64,000 nt of DNA from a virus (lineage: Duplodnaviria; Caudoviricetes): positions 64,001 to 128,000 of IMG/VR virus record IMGVR_UViG_3300033070_001349, one strand, 5' to 3'. Below are positions 47,351-56,345 of the stretch, piece by piece. Every line of letters starts with the position of its first letter. The stretch's first letter is position 1. The notes beneath the pieces were generated by a model. That model did not search any database, was not told where the DNA came from, and worked only from the letters and a program-made list of their open reading frames with translations. Both the position numbers and the translations under genes were made by a program.

Positions 47351-47869
47351 ATGAAGATCGCTCCCCTCGGTGACCGTGTTCTCGTCCGGCTCGACACGGC
47401 GGAGGTGTCGCGCGGCGGCATCTTCCTCCCCGGCGCCACCCTCATCACCGTGGGCCGCGGTGTGGTCGAGAGCGTCGGCCCCGGCCGCCTCGCCCCCTCC
47501 GTGACCTACATCGAGCCCGCCGACCTCACGGAGGACCTCGTCCACTTCGCCCTCCGGCACCGCGAGGAGCTCTCGAAGGGCGACCGGCTCCCCATGGAGG
47601 TGAAGCCCGGCGACCGCATCCTCTTCCCGCAGGCGGCCGGGACCCCCCTGGAGGTCGACACCCCCGAGGAGTCCACCCCCGAGGAGCCCGCCGCGGTCCC
47701 TTCGGCCCAGGAGCTCCCCGTCGAGGAGCCCGCCCCGCGCCCCCTCCGCCGAACCAAGCGGGAGCGCTTCGTCCTCCTCCGCCACGACGACATCATGGCG
47801 GTCCTCTCGGGCGAGGGCGAGATCCACCAGCGGATCCCCGAGCCCGGTGAGCCCCTGCCCGGAACCTGA
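47351..47869 (+). CDS. groES: GroES-like co-chaperonin with two insertions
   Basis: MKIAPLGDRVLV...GGIFLP...G.V..VGPG...PMEVKPGDRILF...LLRHDDIMAVL. Confidence 0.85.
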   Translation: MKIAPLGDRVLVRLDTAEVSRGGIFLPGATLITVGRGVVESVGPGRLAPSVTYIEPADLTEDLVHFALRHREELSKGDRLPMEVKPGDRILFPQAAGTPLEVDTPEESTPEEPAAVPSAQELPVEEPAPRPLRRTKRERFVLLRHDDIMAVLSGEGEIHQRIPEPGEPLPGT

Positions 47870-47887
47870 TACGCTGCCCCCGCCGTC

Positions 47888-48589
47888 GTGCCGAAGAAGC
47901 CCCCCGTCCTGACCAAGCCCAAGACGCCCTCGAAGGGGGAGGTCCTCGCCCAGCTCAAGGCCCTTCCGTGCTTCGAGGAGGTCAAGGCCAAGATCCTAGA
48001 CGGGGTGCCGGTGCTTCAGGTGGCCCGGTGGATTCAGGACCAGGGCGAGTACGCCACCGCCTCGGAGGCCTCGCTCGCCAGGGCCCTCCACCGCTTCAAG
48101 GAGGAGCTACCTCCCGCGGCCTTCGTCCAGGCCGCCCTCCCGAAGGTCCACCAGGAAGCCCTCGCCGAGGTGAAGCAGGGCCTCGCCGAGGTGGACGAGT
48201 TGGCCCACCTCTACGCCTTGCAGAAGGGGCGGATCCACAAGCTCCTCAAGGTCGAGGAGACCATGCCCTCGATCCTCTTCCCGAACCTGTCCCAGGAGTT
48301 CCGCATCGCCGCCGAGCTCCTCCGCACCTCGGCGGAGCTCAAGGGCAAACTCGGGCTCCTCAAGCCGGGCCCGCGCGAGCCCTCCGGTGACCAGGGGGCG
48401 GGGGAGGAGGTCCCGATCGAGGACACGATCGAGGCCCTCGCCGCCGCCCACCCGACCGTCCCCGTCGCCGCCGTCTTCCGGGACCCGGAGAAGGTCCACC
48501 GCATCATCGGGTTGATGAAGACCGTGTCGACCCTCCAGGTGATGGTGGAGTCCGCCCCCGCCAAGCTCGGCACCGGGGGCGGCCCGTGA
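47888..48589 (+). CDS. Putative terminase small subunit
   Basis: Helical, HTH-like N-terminus, coupled directly upstream of TerL. Confidence 0.5.
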   Translation: MPKKPPVLTKPKTPSKGEVLAQLKALPCFEEVKAKILDGVPVLQVARWIQDQGEYATASEASLARALHRFKEELPPAAFVQAALPKVHQEALAEVKQGLAEVDELAHLYALQKGRIHKLLKVEETMPSILFPNLSQEFRIAAELLRTSAELKGKLGLLKPGPREPSGDQGAGEEVPIEDTIEALAAAHPTVPVAAVFRDPEKVHRIIGLMKTVSTLQVMVESAPAKLGTGGGP

Positions 48590-51500
48590 TCGACATTCGC
48601 GGGGGCCGCGCCCGCTCGATCCGAGAGCAGTCAGAGGTCGAAGCCGCCCTCCGCGAGGAGCTCAAGGGCCTCACCCCGGAGGAGCTCGCCGTCCTCGACC
48701 TCCTCTTGAAGGAGCAGGGCAAGGCGCCCCTCCCCGGGGTGGACCCGGGCCTCTCGGTCCTGCGGGCCCTCGAACGCACGGAGTGGAAGGTCCCGCCGGT
48801 CGACATGCGGACCTTCATCTACGACCCCTACTACCTCGGGGAGTCGTGCGGCGAGCTCTACCCCTCCCACTACGCGGACCTCTCTGAGCTCTTCGACCGC
48901 GGGGGCTACCACGAGGCCCTGTGGACGGGCGCGATCGGATGCCTGCGGGGAGACACCCCCGTCCACGACCCGGTCACGGGCATCACCGCCTCCGTGGAGG
49001 CCCGCTACCAGGAGGGCCGTCCCTTCCACGTCTGGTCCCGCTCGGACGCCGGGCCGGTGATCGCCGAGGCGTGGGCCCCCCTGCGCTACCCCGAGGCCCC
49101 GATGTTCCGGGTCACCCTCGACACCGGGGAGTCGTGCGTCGTCACCCCCGAGCATCGGTTCTGGGACGGTTTCAGGTGGGTGACCGCTTCCGAGGTCCGC
49201 GAACGCCTGCGAGGATCCGAGCTTGTCCTGCTTCCGTCCAGTTCGGACATCGTCCCTTCAACTCGTGCGCGAGGTGCTCTCCGTTCGACGCGAAGAGTTC
49301 CAGGTTCTCCGGGCGGTTGTCGGCCGGGTCTCCGTTCCGATGGTGGACGACCTCCTTCGGATCGAGAAGACGCCCGAGGGTGGTCTCCATCACGAGGCGA
49401 TGCTCTCGGACGTACCCGTGGCTATCCGCGTTCGGATGGTCAGGGCGAAGGAGGAGCACATAGCCGGACTTGTCGAGCATCCGCCCCCCCTTCCACGACC
49501 AGTTCCTCCCTTCTCTCGGGCCCCGACGCCGAGGCTCTTCTCCTAGCGCTCGAAGGGCGGCGGCCACCCGGTTCCGACTCGATCCGACGAGTGCGGCGAC
49601 TTCTGGCAGCGTGTGCCCTTCTCGGTACAGCTCTAGGGCTCGGGCCCGACGCTCATCCGTCCATCGCGCCCCAAGGTTGCAGGGCTTCTCGGGCGTCCAT
49701 CGGGCCGTCATGGGGTGAGCTCTACCCTGACGGGAGCGAATGGACAAGGACGGCGGCTCGTGTCGTGTCCGTGGAAACAGAGGCCCCCGAGCCCTACTTC
49801 GACTTCCACGTCCCGATCCACAACAACTACGCCGCCGCGGGCCTATGGCACCACAACACCGGCAAGAGCTTCTCCGCCTCCGTCGGCGTGTGCCGCGTCC
49901 TCTACGAAATCTCGTGCATGAGGGACCCGCACGGGGCCTTCCACATCGCCCGGCACTCGCCGATCCACCTCGTGTGCCTCTCCGTCACCGAGGACCTCGC
50001 GATCAAGGTCGCCTTCGACTACATCATCGAGAAGATCCAGCTCTCCCCCTACTTCCGCGAGAACTTCCCCTACCGCCCAGGGAAGAAGGAGTTTCTCTTC
50101 CCGAACAAGGTGTCCCTCGCGGCCCGCGCGACCACCGACACCTCGGCCCTCGGGCTCAACGTCATCTCGGTCTTCCTCGACGAGTCCGACTTCATCAAGA
50201 AGCCCGGCAAGGCGAAGCTCGCGGCCGGGGAGAAGGACACCGCCGAGCGCATCTACGCGAAGCTCAAGCGCCGCGTGAAGAGCCGCTTCCAGCGCAACGG
50301 CCGCCTCCCCGGGATGCTCTTCATCGTCTCGTCCAAGCGCCGCACCGACGACTTCTCCGCCCGGCACATCGAGAAGAGCCGCCACGACCCCACCGTCTTC
50401 GTCTCGGACAAGTCCCTGTGGGACGTGAAGCCCGAGTCCTACTCGAAGGAGCGCTTCCACGTCTTCGTCGGGAACGAGAGCCTCCCCTCGAAGATCCTAG
50501 AGCCCGCCGAGGTCGAGACCTACCGGGCCGTCGCAGAGGGCAAGGATACGTGCGTGGTCTTGGAGGTCCCCGAGGACTTCCGCCCTGACTTCGAGCGCGA
50601 GCTCGAAGAGGCGATCCGGGACATCGCCGGGGTCGCCACGGTCTCGATCGCCCCCTTCATTCAGCGCCGCGAGCGGATCCAGGCGGCGGCCGACTACGGC
50701 GACGCGAACGGCCTCCTCCACCCGTTCAGCACCGTCGAGTACGTTCCGGGGTCCGGCGCTGAGTTCCTGTGGGGCATCCTCGCCGAGACCTACTCGCACC
50801 CCCTCTCCGAGGGTGGCTACGAGACCAAGTGGCGCCCGCGGCTCAACCCGTGGGCCGCACGCCACGTCCACATCGACCCGTCGCTCACCGGGGACTCGAC
50901 CGGCCTCGCGATCGGCCACGTCGCCGGGTACAAGGAGGTCCTCCGCCGGGACTCCAACCACAGGATCTACGCCGAGAAGGCCCCGGTCATCGTCATCGAC
51001 CTGATCCTGCGGATCGTCCCGCCCCTAGGGGACGAGATCATCCTCGGGGACGTGCGGGCCCTCGTCTACCAGTGGGCCGAGCACGGGTTCCGCCTCGCGA
51101 AGATCACCATGGACTCCTTCCAGAGCGCGGACGGACTCCAGCAGATGGCCCAGAAGGGGTACAGCGCCGAGGTCTACTCGGTCGACCGGACCCCCACCGC
51201 CTACGAGATGCTCAAGACGGCCCTCTACGAGGGGCGCCTCATCTACTACGGCTACCCCAAGCTCCTCGAAGAGCTCAGGAAGCTCGAAAAGAACCACGTC
51301 ACGCACAAGGTCGACCACCCGCCCATGGGCTCCAAGGACTGCGCGGACGCCGTGGCGGCCCTGGTGGCGACCCTGTCGGGCGTGATCGCCGACGTGGCGA
51401 CAGACCCCCTACCCATGCTCCGCGGTCTCTCGTATTCTCCCGAGCTCGTGAGCCCCTCCGCCGCCTCCACCCCCGCCCAGGCCGCCCAGGTCGCCCACGC

Positions 51501-51594
51501 TCCAGTCTCCGACCGGGTGGCCTCGGCCCCTCTCGGGATGGTGGCCCCGGAGCCACATGACTCCAACCCCTACGGCGCGGAGTACGAGCCCTGA
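48586..51594 (+). CDS. terL: Terminase large subunit with intein
   Basis: After splicing Walker A GAIG|TGKS; VFLDE Walker B; HIDPS..GD.TG, DSFQS, HPPMGSKDCADA nuclease. Confidence 0.92.
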   Translation: MIDIRGGRARSIREQSEVEAALREELKGLTPEELAVLDLLLKEQGKAPLPGVDPGLSVLRALERTEWKVPPVDMRTFIYDPYYLGESCGELYPSHYADLSELFDRGGYHEALWTGAIGCLRGDTPVHDPVTGITASVEARYQEGRPFHVWSRSDAGPVIAEAWAPLRYPEAPMFRVTLDTGESCVVTPEHRFWDGFRWVTASEVRERLRGSELVLLPSSSDIVPSTRARGALRSTRRVPGSPGGCRPGLRSDGGRPPSDREDARGWSPSRGDALGRTRGYPRSDGQGEGGAHSRTCRASAPPSTTSSSLLSGPDAEALLLALEGRRPPGSDSIRRVRRLLAACALLGTALGLGPDAHPSIAPQGCRASRASIGPSWGELYPDGSEWTRTAARVVSVETEAPEPYFDFHVPIHNNYAAAGLWHHNTGKSFSASVGVCRVLYEISCMRDPHGAFHIARHSPIHLVCLSVTEDLAIKVAFDYIIEKIQLSPYFRENFPYRPGKKEFLFPNKVSLAARATTDTSALGLNVISVFLDESDFIKKPGKAKLAAGEKDTAERIYAKLKRRVKSRFQRNGRLPGMLFIVSSKRRTDDFSARHIEKSRHDPTVFVSDKSLWDVKPESYSKERFHVFVGNESLPSKILEPAEVETYRAVAEGKDTCVVLEVPEDFRPDFERELEEAIRDIAGVATVSIAPFIQRRERIQAAADYGDANGLLHPFSTVEYVPGSGAEFLWGILAETYSHPLSEGGYETKWRPRLNPWAARHVHIDPSLTGDSTGLAIGHVAGYKEVLRRDSNHRIYAEKAPVIVIDLILRIVPPLGDEIILGDVRALVYQWAEHGFRLAKITMDSFQSADGLQQMAQKGYSAEVYSVDRTPTAYEMLKTALYEGRLIYYGYPKLLEELRKLEKNHVTHKVDHPPMGSKDCADAVAALVATLSGVIADVATDPLPMLRGLSYSPELVSPSAASTPAQAAQVAHAPVSDRVASAPLGMVAPEPHDSNPYGAEYEP
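48940..49857 (+). mobile_element. Intein (306 aa) in TerL Walker A; central region is the antisense of an HNH gene
   Basis: IG|CLRGDT...VTPEHRFW...YFDFHVP..NNY....WHHN|T. Confidence 0.9.
49172..49711 (-). CDS. HNH homing endonuclease with N-terminal HTH, antisense inside the TerL intein
   Basis: LELYREG.TL.EVA..VG.S HTH; WKGG....GY....PDHP.A...GYVREHRLVME..LGR.L...EVVHHRNGD..DNRPENL. Confidence 0.9.
   Translation of the reverse strand: MTARWTPEKPCNLGARWTDERRARALELYREGHTLPEVAALVGSSRNRVAAALRALGEEPRRRGPREGRNWSWKGGRMLDKSGYVLLLRPDHPNADSHGYVREHRLVMETTLGRLLDPKEVVHHRNGDPADNRPENLELFASNGEHLAHELKGRCPNWTEAGQARILAGVRGPRKRSPT
51549..51564. promoter_or_regulatory. 16-bp quasi-palindrome copy 9 GGAGCCACATGACTCC
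   Basis: Dispersed motif at terL end. Confidence 0.7.
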
Positions 51595-51598
51595 CGCC

Positions 51599-54385
51599 AT
51601 GGGGATCCTCGACGGCCTCACCTCCGTAGCCCGCCGGGTCCGGCAGTGGGCCACCTCGACCAGGACCCGCCAAGCCCGCGAGCTTGCCGTGGGCGGCACT
51701 GGGGCCTCCGCCCTCGGCACCGGCTACGACCTCCTCTCGTCCTACGGGGCGGACAACCTCTCCTCGTACCTCCAGCTCGACCACGGCCTGTTGGAGCGGT
51801 ACAGCGACTATGAGGGGATGGACGAGTACCCCCTGGTCTCGTGTCTAGCGGGCGATTCGCTCGTTTTCACGCTCGAAGAGGGATGGGTTCCGATCCGCAC
51901 GCTGGCCGATCGCGGTCTGGAGTTCCACGTCCTCGCCTACGACAAGGCGACCCGGTCCCTCGTCCCGGCGAAGGCATCGGACGCTCGCTGCACGGGGCCA
52001 GAAGGGCACGCGAAGCCCATGGTTCGGGTCGTCACGGACGATGGCCGAACCATCACCTGTACGTCGGACCACCTCTTCCTCCTCAAGGACGAGGTCTGGC
52101 GTACCGCGGGGGACCTCCAACCCGGAGACCGGCTCATGCCCGGGGTTCTGCGCCAGAGGCACCTCGCCGTATGCTCGCAGACCTACTGGGAGGTGCACCA
52201 GCCCCAGTCGGACTCCACCTACCGGGCCTCGGATGGCAAGCGGTGGGTGTGGCTCCACCGGCTCGTGGCGGAGACGCTCCTCGGGGCGGTCCCTTCGGCG
52301 GGAGAGGTCGTCCACCACATCGACGAGAACACGCACAACAACGCCCCGAGCAACCTGAGCATCGAGGACAACGCCTCCCACGCCCGGATCCACCTCGCAG
52401 GCATCGACAACACGCGCTTCTTCCCGGAGTGGACGGCGGAGCGCCGCGCCCAGGCCGCCGAGCGGATGCGGGGCAACGACTTCGCCCTCGGCAAGAAGTT
52501 CTCGCCCGAGGTCAAGCAGCGGTTGTCGGAGGCCCGGAAGGGCCGCCCCAAGTCCGAAGCGCACCGTCGGGCCATCGGTCTCGCGCAGCCCTCTCGCGTC
52601 GCTCTGCCCCGCGAGGTGGTCGAGGGAGCCCTCCGGGAAGGGGGCACCGTAGCGCGTGCCGCTCGCCTTCTCGGGGTATCGTGGAGCACCATGAATCGTA
52701 GGGCCGAGGAGTTCGACCTCCTCTCGTCCGAGGCGAACCATCGGGTACTTCGGGTGGAGGTTCTCCCCTCGCGCGAGCCCGTCTACGACCTCACGGTGCC
52801 GGGCTTCCACAACTTCGTCTGCAACGGCGTGGTCGTCCACAACAGCGCCCTCGACGTGTACGCCGACGACGCGACGCAGACCGACCAGCAGACGGGGAAG
52901 GCGATCTGGGCCAAGTCCAAGGACCACCGCGTCGAGGAGATCCTGAACGACCTCCTCCACAAGGTGCTCCACATCGAGGACGAGCGCTGGGAGCTCGCCC
53001 GCACGCTCTGCAAGCACGGCAACGACTACGAGGAGCCCATCATCACGAACGAGGGCGTGGTGGCCCTCAACTTCCTCCCGGCCCCGACGATGCGCCGCCT
53101 CGAAGGCTCCAGGGGGGAGCTCTACGGCTACGTTCAGGACTTCCGGGGGAAGGTCGGGTACACGGTCCAAGAGTGGCAGCAGCTCATGGAGGCGCGCGAC
53201 ACCAAGCCGCGCCGCCCCCCTTTCGACCCAAGGGACCCGAACCTCGAACCTCCGGGGGAGGACGAGTACGTCGCGCCCTTCGAGGACTGGGAGGTGGTGC
53301 ACTTCCGGCTCCGGGGCAGGCACCGCCGGTCGGTCTACGGCCACGCGGTTCTGGAGTCGGCGCGGTTCATCTACCGGCGGCTCATGCTCTTGGAGGACGC
53401 GGCCCTCATCTTCCGCCTCCAGCGGGCCCCCGAGAAGCTCGCCTTCTACGTGGACGTGGGTCAGATGCCCTCCACCGAGGCTCTCGCGCACGTCCGCCGT
53501 GTGCGCAACGACCACAAGAAAAAGAAGTTCATCAACCCCACGACGGGCCAGCTCGCGACCCGGATAGAGGCCTTCTCCCCCGACGCCGACTACTGGGTCC
53601 CCTCCCGCGACGGCAAGGACTCCACCCGGATCGAGACGGTCTCCTCCCCCTCGTGGCAGCACATGGAGGACATCGAATACTTCCGCTCGATCCTCTTCGC
53701 CGCCATGAAGATCCCCAAGGCGTACCTCGGCGGTGACGAGGGCGTGGTGAACTCCGTCCTCTCCTCGCAGGACGTTCGCTTCGCCCGCACGATCCTCCGG
53801 GTGCAACAGGCCCTCAGGCAGGGCCTCCAGGCGATCTGCCGCATCCACCTCGCGGCCCTCGGGATCGACCCGAACCGGGTCGAGTTCGAGATCGAGATGA
53901 CCATTCCGAGCTCGATCTTCGAGCTCGCCCAGCTCGAAGCCCGGAACGCTCGCGCCGACCTCGCGGGCCGGATGCGCGAGTTCGTCGACATGCGCACGAT
54001 CCTTCAGGACGTGTTCGGGCTCTCGGACGAGGAGACCCTCCGGGTGGTGCAGGGCAAGCACCAGGACGCGGTCAGGGACGCCTTCACGCAGGCCAAGGTC
54101 CAATCCATCATGGGCGGTCCCGGCGGGCCCCGCGCTCCCGGGGGTGCCCCTGGCGGGCCCGAGGCCGCGCCCATCCCGCTCACGCGCCGCCGGGCCGGGC
54201 TCCCGAACCTCATGCCGAACGACCTGGAGAAGGAGCTCTACGCCTCCCCCACCTCCAGCCGCCGGTCCCGGCAGTTCGAGAAGAAGCTCGACGAGGTCCT
54301 CAAGGGCGACCAGCTCCTCGCGGCCCGGCTCCAAGAGGTGAAGGAGCTCGTTCAGATGGTCTCCCAGTTCCGCCGTGCCTCGTGA
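51599..54385 (+). CDS. Portal protein (T4 gp20-like) with HNH intein
   Basis: Y..MD.YP.VS|SALDVYADDAT; LLEDAALIFRLQRAPE..FYVDVG.MP; DYWVP.R.G..TRIET; DIEYF..LF.A.KIP; DVRFARTI.R.Q. Confidence 0.92.
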   Translation: MGILDGLTSVARRVRQWATSTRTRQARELAVGGTGASALGTGYDLLSSYGADNLSSYLQLDHGLLERYSDYEGMDEYPLVSCLAGDSLVFTLEEGWVPIRTLADRGLEFHVLAYDKATRSLVPAKASDARCTGPEGHAKPMVRVVTDDGRTITCTSDHLFLLKDEVWRTAGDLQPGDRLMPGVLRQRHLAVCSQTYWEVHQPQSDSTYRASDGKRWVWLHRLVAETLLGAVPSAGEVVHHIDENTHNNAPSNLSIEDNASHARIHLAGIDNTRFFPEWTAERRAQAAERMRGNDFALGKKFSPEVKQRLSEARKGRPKSEAHRRAIGLAQPSRVALPREVVEGALREGGTVARAARLLGVSWSTMNRRAEEFDLLSSEANHRVLRVEVLPSREPVYDLTVPGFHNFVCNGVVVHNSALDVYADDATQTDQQTGKAIWAKSKDHRVEEILNDLLHKVLHIEDERWELARTLCKHGNDYEEPIITNEGVVALNFLPAPTMRRLEGSRGELYGYVQDFRGKVGYTVQEWQQLMEARDTKPRRPPFDPRDPNLEPPGEDEYVAPFEDWEVVHFRLRGRHRRSVYGHAVLESARFIYRRLMLLEDAALIFRLQRAPEKLAFYVDVGQMPSTEALAHVRRVRNDHKKKKFINPTTGQLATRIEAFSPDADYWVPSRDGKDSTRIETVSSPSWQHMEDIEYFRSILFAAMKIPKAYLGGDEGVVNSVLSSQDVRFARTILRVQQALRQGLQAICRIHLAALGIDPNRVEFEIEMTIPSSIFELAQLEARNARADLAGRMREFVDMRTILQDVFGLSDEETLRVVQGKHQDAVRDAFTQAKVQSIMGGPGGPRAPGGAPGGPEAAPIPLTRRRAGLPNLMPNDLEKELYASPTSSRRSRQFEKKLDEVLKGDQLLAARLQEVKELVQMVSQFRRAS
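51842..52843 (+). mobile_element. Intein (334 aa) with in-frame HNH, NUMOD3-like repeats and HTH in the portal
   Basis: VS|CLAGDS...CTSDH...WLHRLVA...VVHHIDENTHNN..SNL...VYDLTV..FHNF...VVHN|S. Confidence 0.92.
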
Positions 54386-54432
54386 CGGGCTATTGACGCC
54401 GCTCGGGTCCCTTCGGTAGCGTCCTCTTCGTC

Positions 54433-55125
54433 GTGAGTTCGTTCGAGTCGATGATCGAAGCAAGGCGCCGGGCTCTTCAAGAGCAGGCCCCGTTCGTCTT
54501 CGACCCCACCGCTGAGTGGGCGATCCTTCGGACCTACCCGACCTACACCTCCGTTCGTATCGGCACCCGCACGGCGGTCGTGATCGAGTCGGCCTCGGGT
54601 CTCCTCGTCCTTCCGCCCTCCCACCTCCGCGCTCGGGTCTCCCTTTCGGAGGGAGCGATCCCGGCCGCCGCGCTCGTGGACGCCTCCCCGGACGCCGACG
54701 ACGCCTCCGTCATGCGTCGGGCTCTCCGCGCGGCTTCCTTCGGGGAGGGCCTGGACGCGAAGTTCCTGACCGGCCGGGTGTCCCGATCGGATATCCAGGT
54801 CGAGGACCCGGACAGGTTCCGCTCCGTCTCGCTTGTGGATGAGGACACCCGCATGGCCCTTCGCGCGCCCATGCGTGCGGCCATCCGGGCTCAACTCTCT
54901 GAGCGCGAGAGGCTCTACCGCAGGGCGTGCGCCCGCTCCGTCTCCGAGGACGCGGCGACCCCCCTTCGGGCCCTTCTGTTGGCGACGCCTTCGGCGTTGG
55001 CCGCCTGCGTCCGCACCGGGCGCAGGGTAGTCGAAACCATCGAAGACCCCTTGTTTCTCGCGAACTACCACCGTAGTCTCGCCGAGCGACACATCCCCCA
55101 CACGATCCTCGCAGGTACGGAGTAG
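54433..55125 (+). CDS. Hypothetical head-module protein (possible prohead core)
   Basis: Position between portal and protease; several L/I-x-E sites. Confidence 0.5.
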   Translation: MSSFESMIEARRRALQEQAPFVFDPTAEWAILRTYPTYTSVRIGTRTAVVIESASGLLVLPPSHLRARVSLSEGAIPAAALVDASPDADDASVMRRALRAASFGEGLDAKFLTGRVSRSDIQVEDPDRFRSVSLVDEDTRMALRAPMRAAIRAQLSERERLYRRACARSVSEDAATPLRALLLATPSALAACVRTGRRVVETIEDPLFLANYHRSLAERHIPHTILAGTE

Positions 55126-55138
55126 AGAGAGACACGCC

Positions 55139-56188
55139 ATGGGCAAGGACCAGTACGGACTCACGAGCCTCGCCGAGGACATGAACTTCCTGGGCGTGCA
55201 GACGCCGCGCCGCCAGGGCGCCCCCGAGGAGCTCCTCCGCATGGAGGAGAGCTTCGCGGGCCTGGGCGGTCGCCGCTCCACCCTGTCCCGCATGAACGAG
55301 TCGGCCCCGCGCCAGAGCTCCGGCCAGCGCCCCCAGGCCCCCCGCCAGGGGCAGCGGCCCTCGGCCCGGGTCGCCGAACACCTCCAGGCCTTCGAGTCCG
55401 CGTCGCGGACCCAGCGGCCGGTCCCGCAGAACTTCCGCCGGGGCATCCAGACCGCGACCGTGCAGCGCCTCATGGAGAACGTCTCCCGCTCCCTCGCCGA
55501 GCTCCGGTCGGTCGACCGGGCCGAGGCGGTCCGGGCATGGGCGCAGACGGCCGTGGTCAGCGAGACCTTCGCCCACCGCTTCAAGAAGATCGGCAAGCGC
55601 CTCGGCGAGCGCCGCATCATCGCCGCGGGCGAGCTCTGCGGTCGCCTCGCCAACCAGAGCGCGGCGATCGTCTCGGAGCTTCGCTCGCACCGCAACCCCG
55701 CCAACCTCGCGGCCAAGATGACCCAGGCGCTCGGCGTGGTGGCCGAGTCGATGCGGCTCTACGGCGGCCTGACCGAGGGCCCCGACGCGCCCTTCCCCGT
55801 CCCCCCGCCCGGCGCCCCCGCGCCGAAGATGCCCCCCACGGGCGGCGCCCCCGAGGAGGACCCCCTCTCGATCGGCATGGGCTCGCCGACGCAGGGCATG
55901 GAGGGCGACATCAGCGGCGGCATGGGCGGCGGCATGGGCGGTGGGATGCCCGGCGGCATGGAGGCCGAGGCCGACCCGATGGGCCTCGGCGGCTTCGGGG
56001 TCGACCCGAACGCCCCCCCGAAGCCCGGCGCCCCCGGCGTCCCCGGCGCCCCCATGGAGGGGATCGAGGACCAGGAGAACCTCTGGTTCCCCTACCAGGA
56101 CGGCCGCGACGACCCCGACCTGATCGAGGGCGACGGGGCCCCGGGGGACGACGACCCCGACCCTTTGGCGGTGCCCGAGACGCCGTAG
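55139..56188 (+). CDS. Putative prohead core/scaffold protein
   Basis: Helical N-terminus, Gly/Met/Pro/acidic tail, LAE/MNE/LTE motifs. Confidence 0.55.
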   Translation: MGKDQYGLTSLAEDMNFLGVQTPRRQGAPEELLRMEESFAGLGGRRSTLSRMNESAPRQSSGQRPQAPRQGQRPSARVAEHLQAFESASRTQRPVPQNFRRGIQTATVQRLMENVSRSLAELRSVDRAEAVRAWAQTAVVSETFAHRFKKIGKRLGERRIIAAGELCGRLANQSAAIVSELRSHRNPANLAAKMTQALGVVAESMRLYGGLTEGPDAPFPVPPPGAPAPKMPPTGGAPEEDPLSIGMGSPTQGMEGDISGGMGGGMGGGMPGGMEAEADPMGLGGFGVDPNAPPKPGAPGVPGAPMEGIEDQENLWFPYQDGRDDPDLIEGDGAPGDDDPDPLAVPETP

Positions 56189-56345
56189 AGGCGTGGCGGC
56201 TCCGGCGGACGGCCTACTCCTCGGGTCGCCGCGAGCGCATCGGGTACAAGGCCCCGAAGTTCGGGGCGAAGCGGACTGCCACCTTCGCCCCCTCCGTGCT
56301 CCCGACAGAGTTCCGACGCAAGCGATCGAAGCGGTACTAGACACG

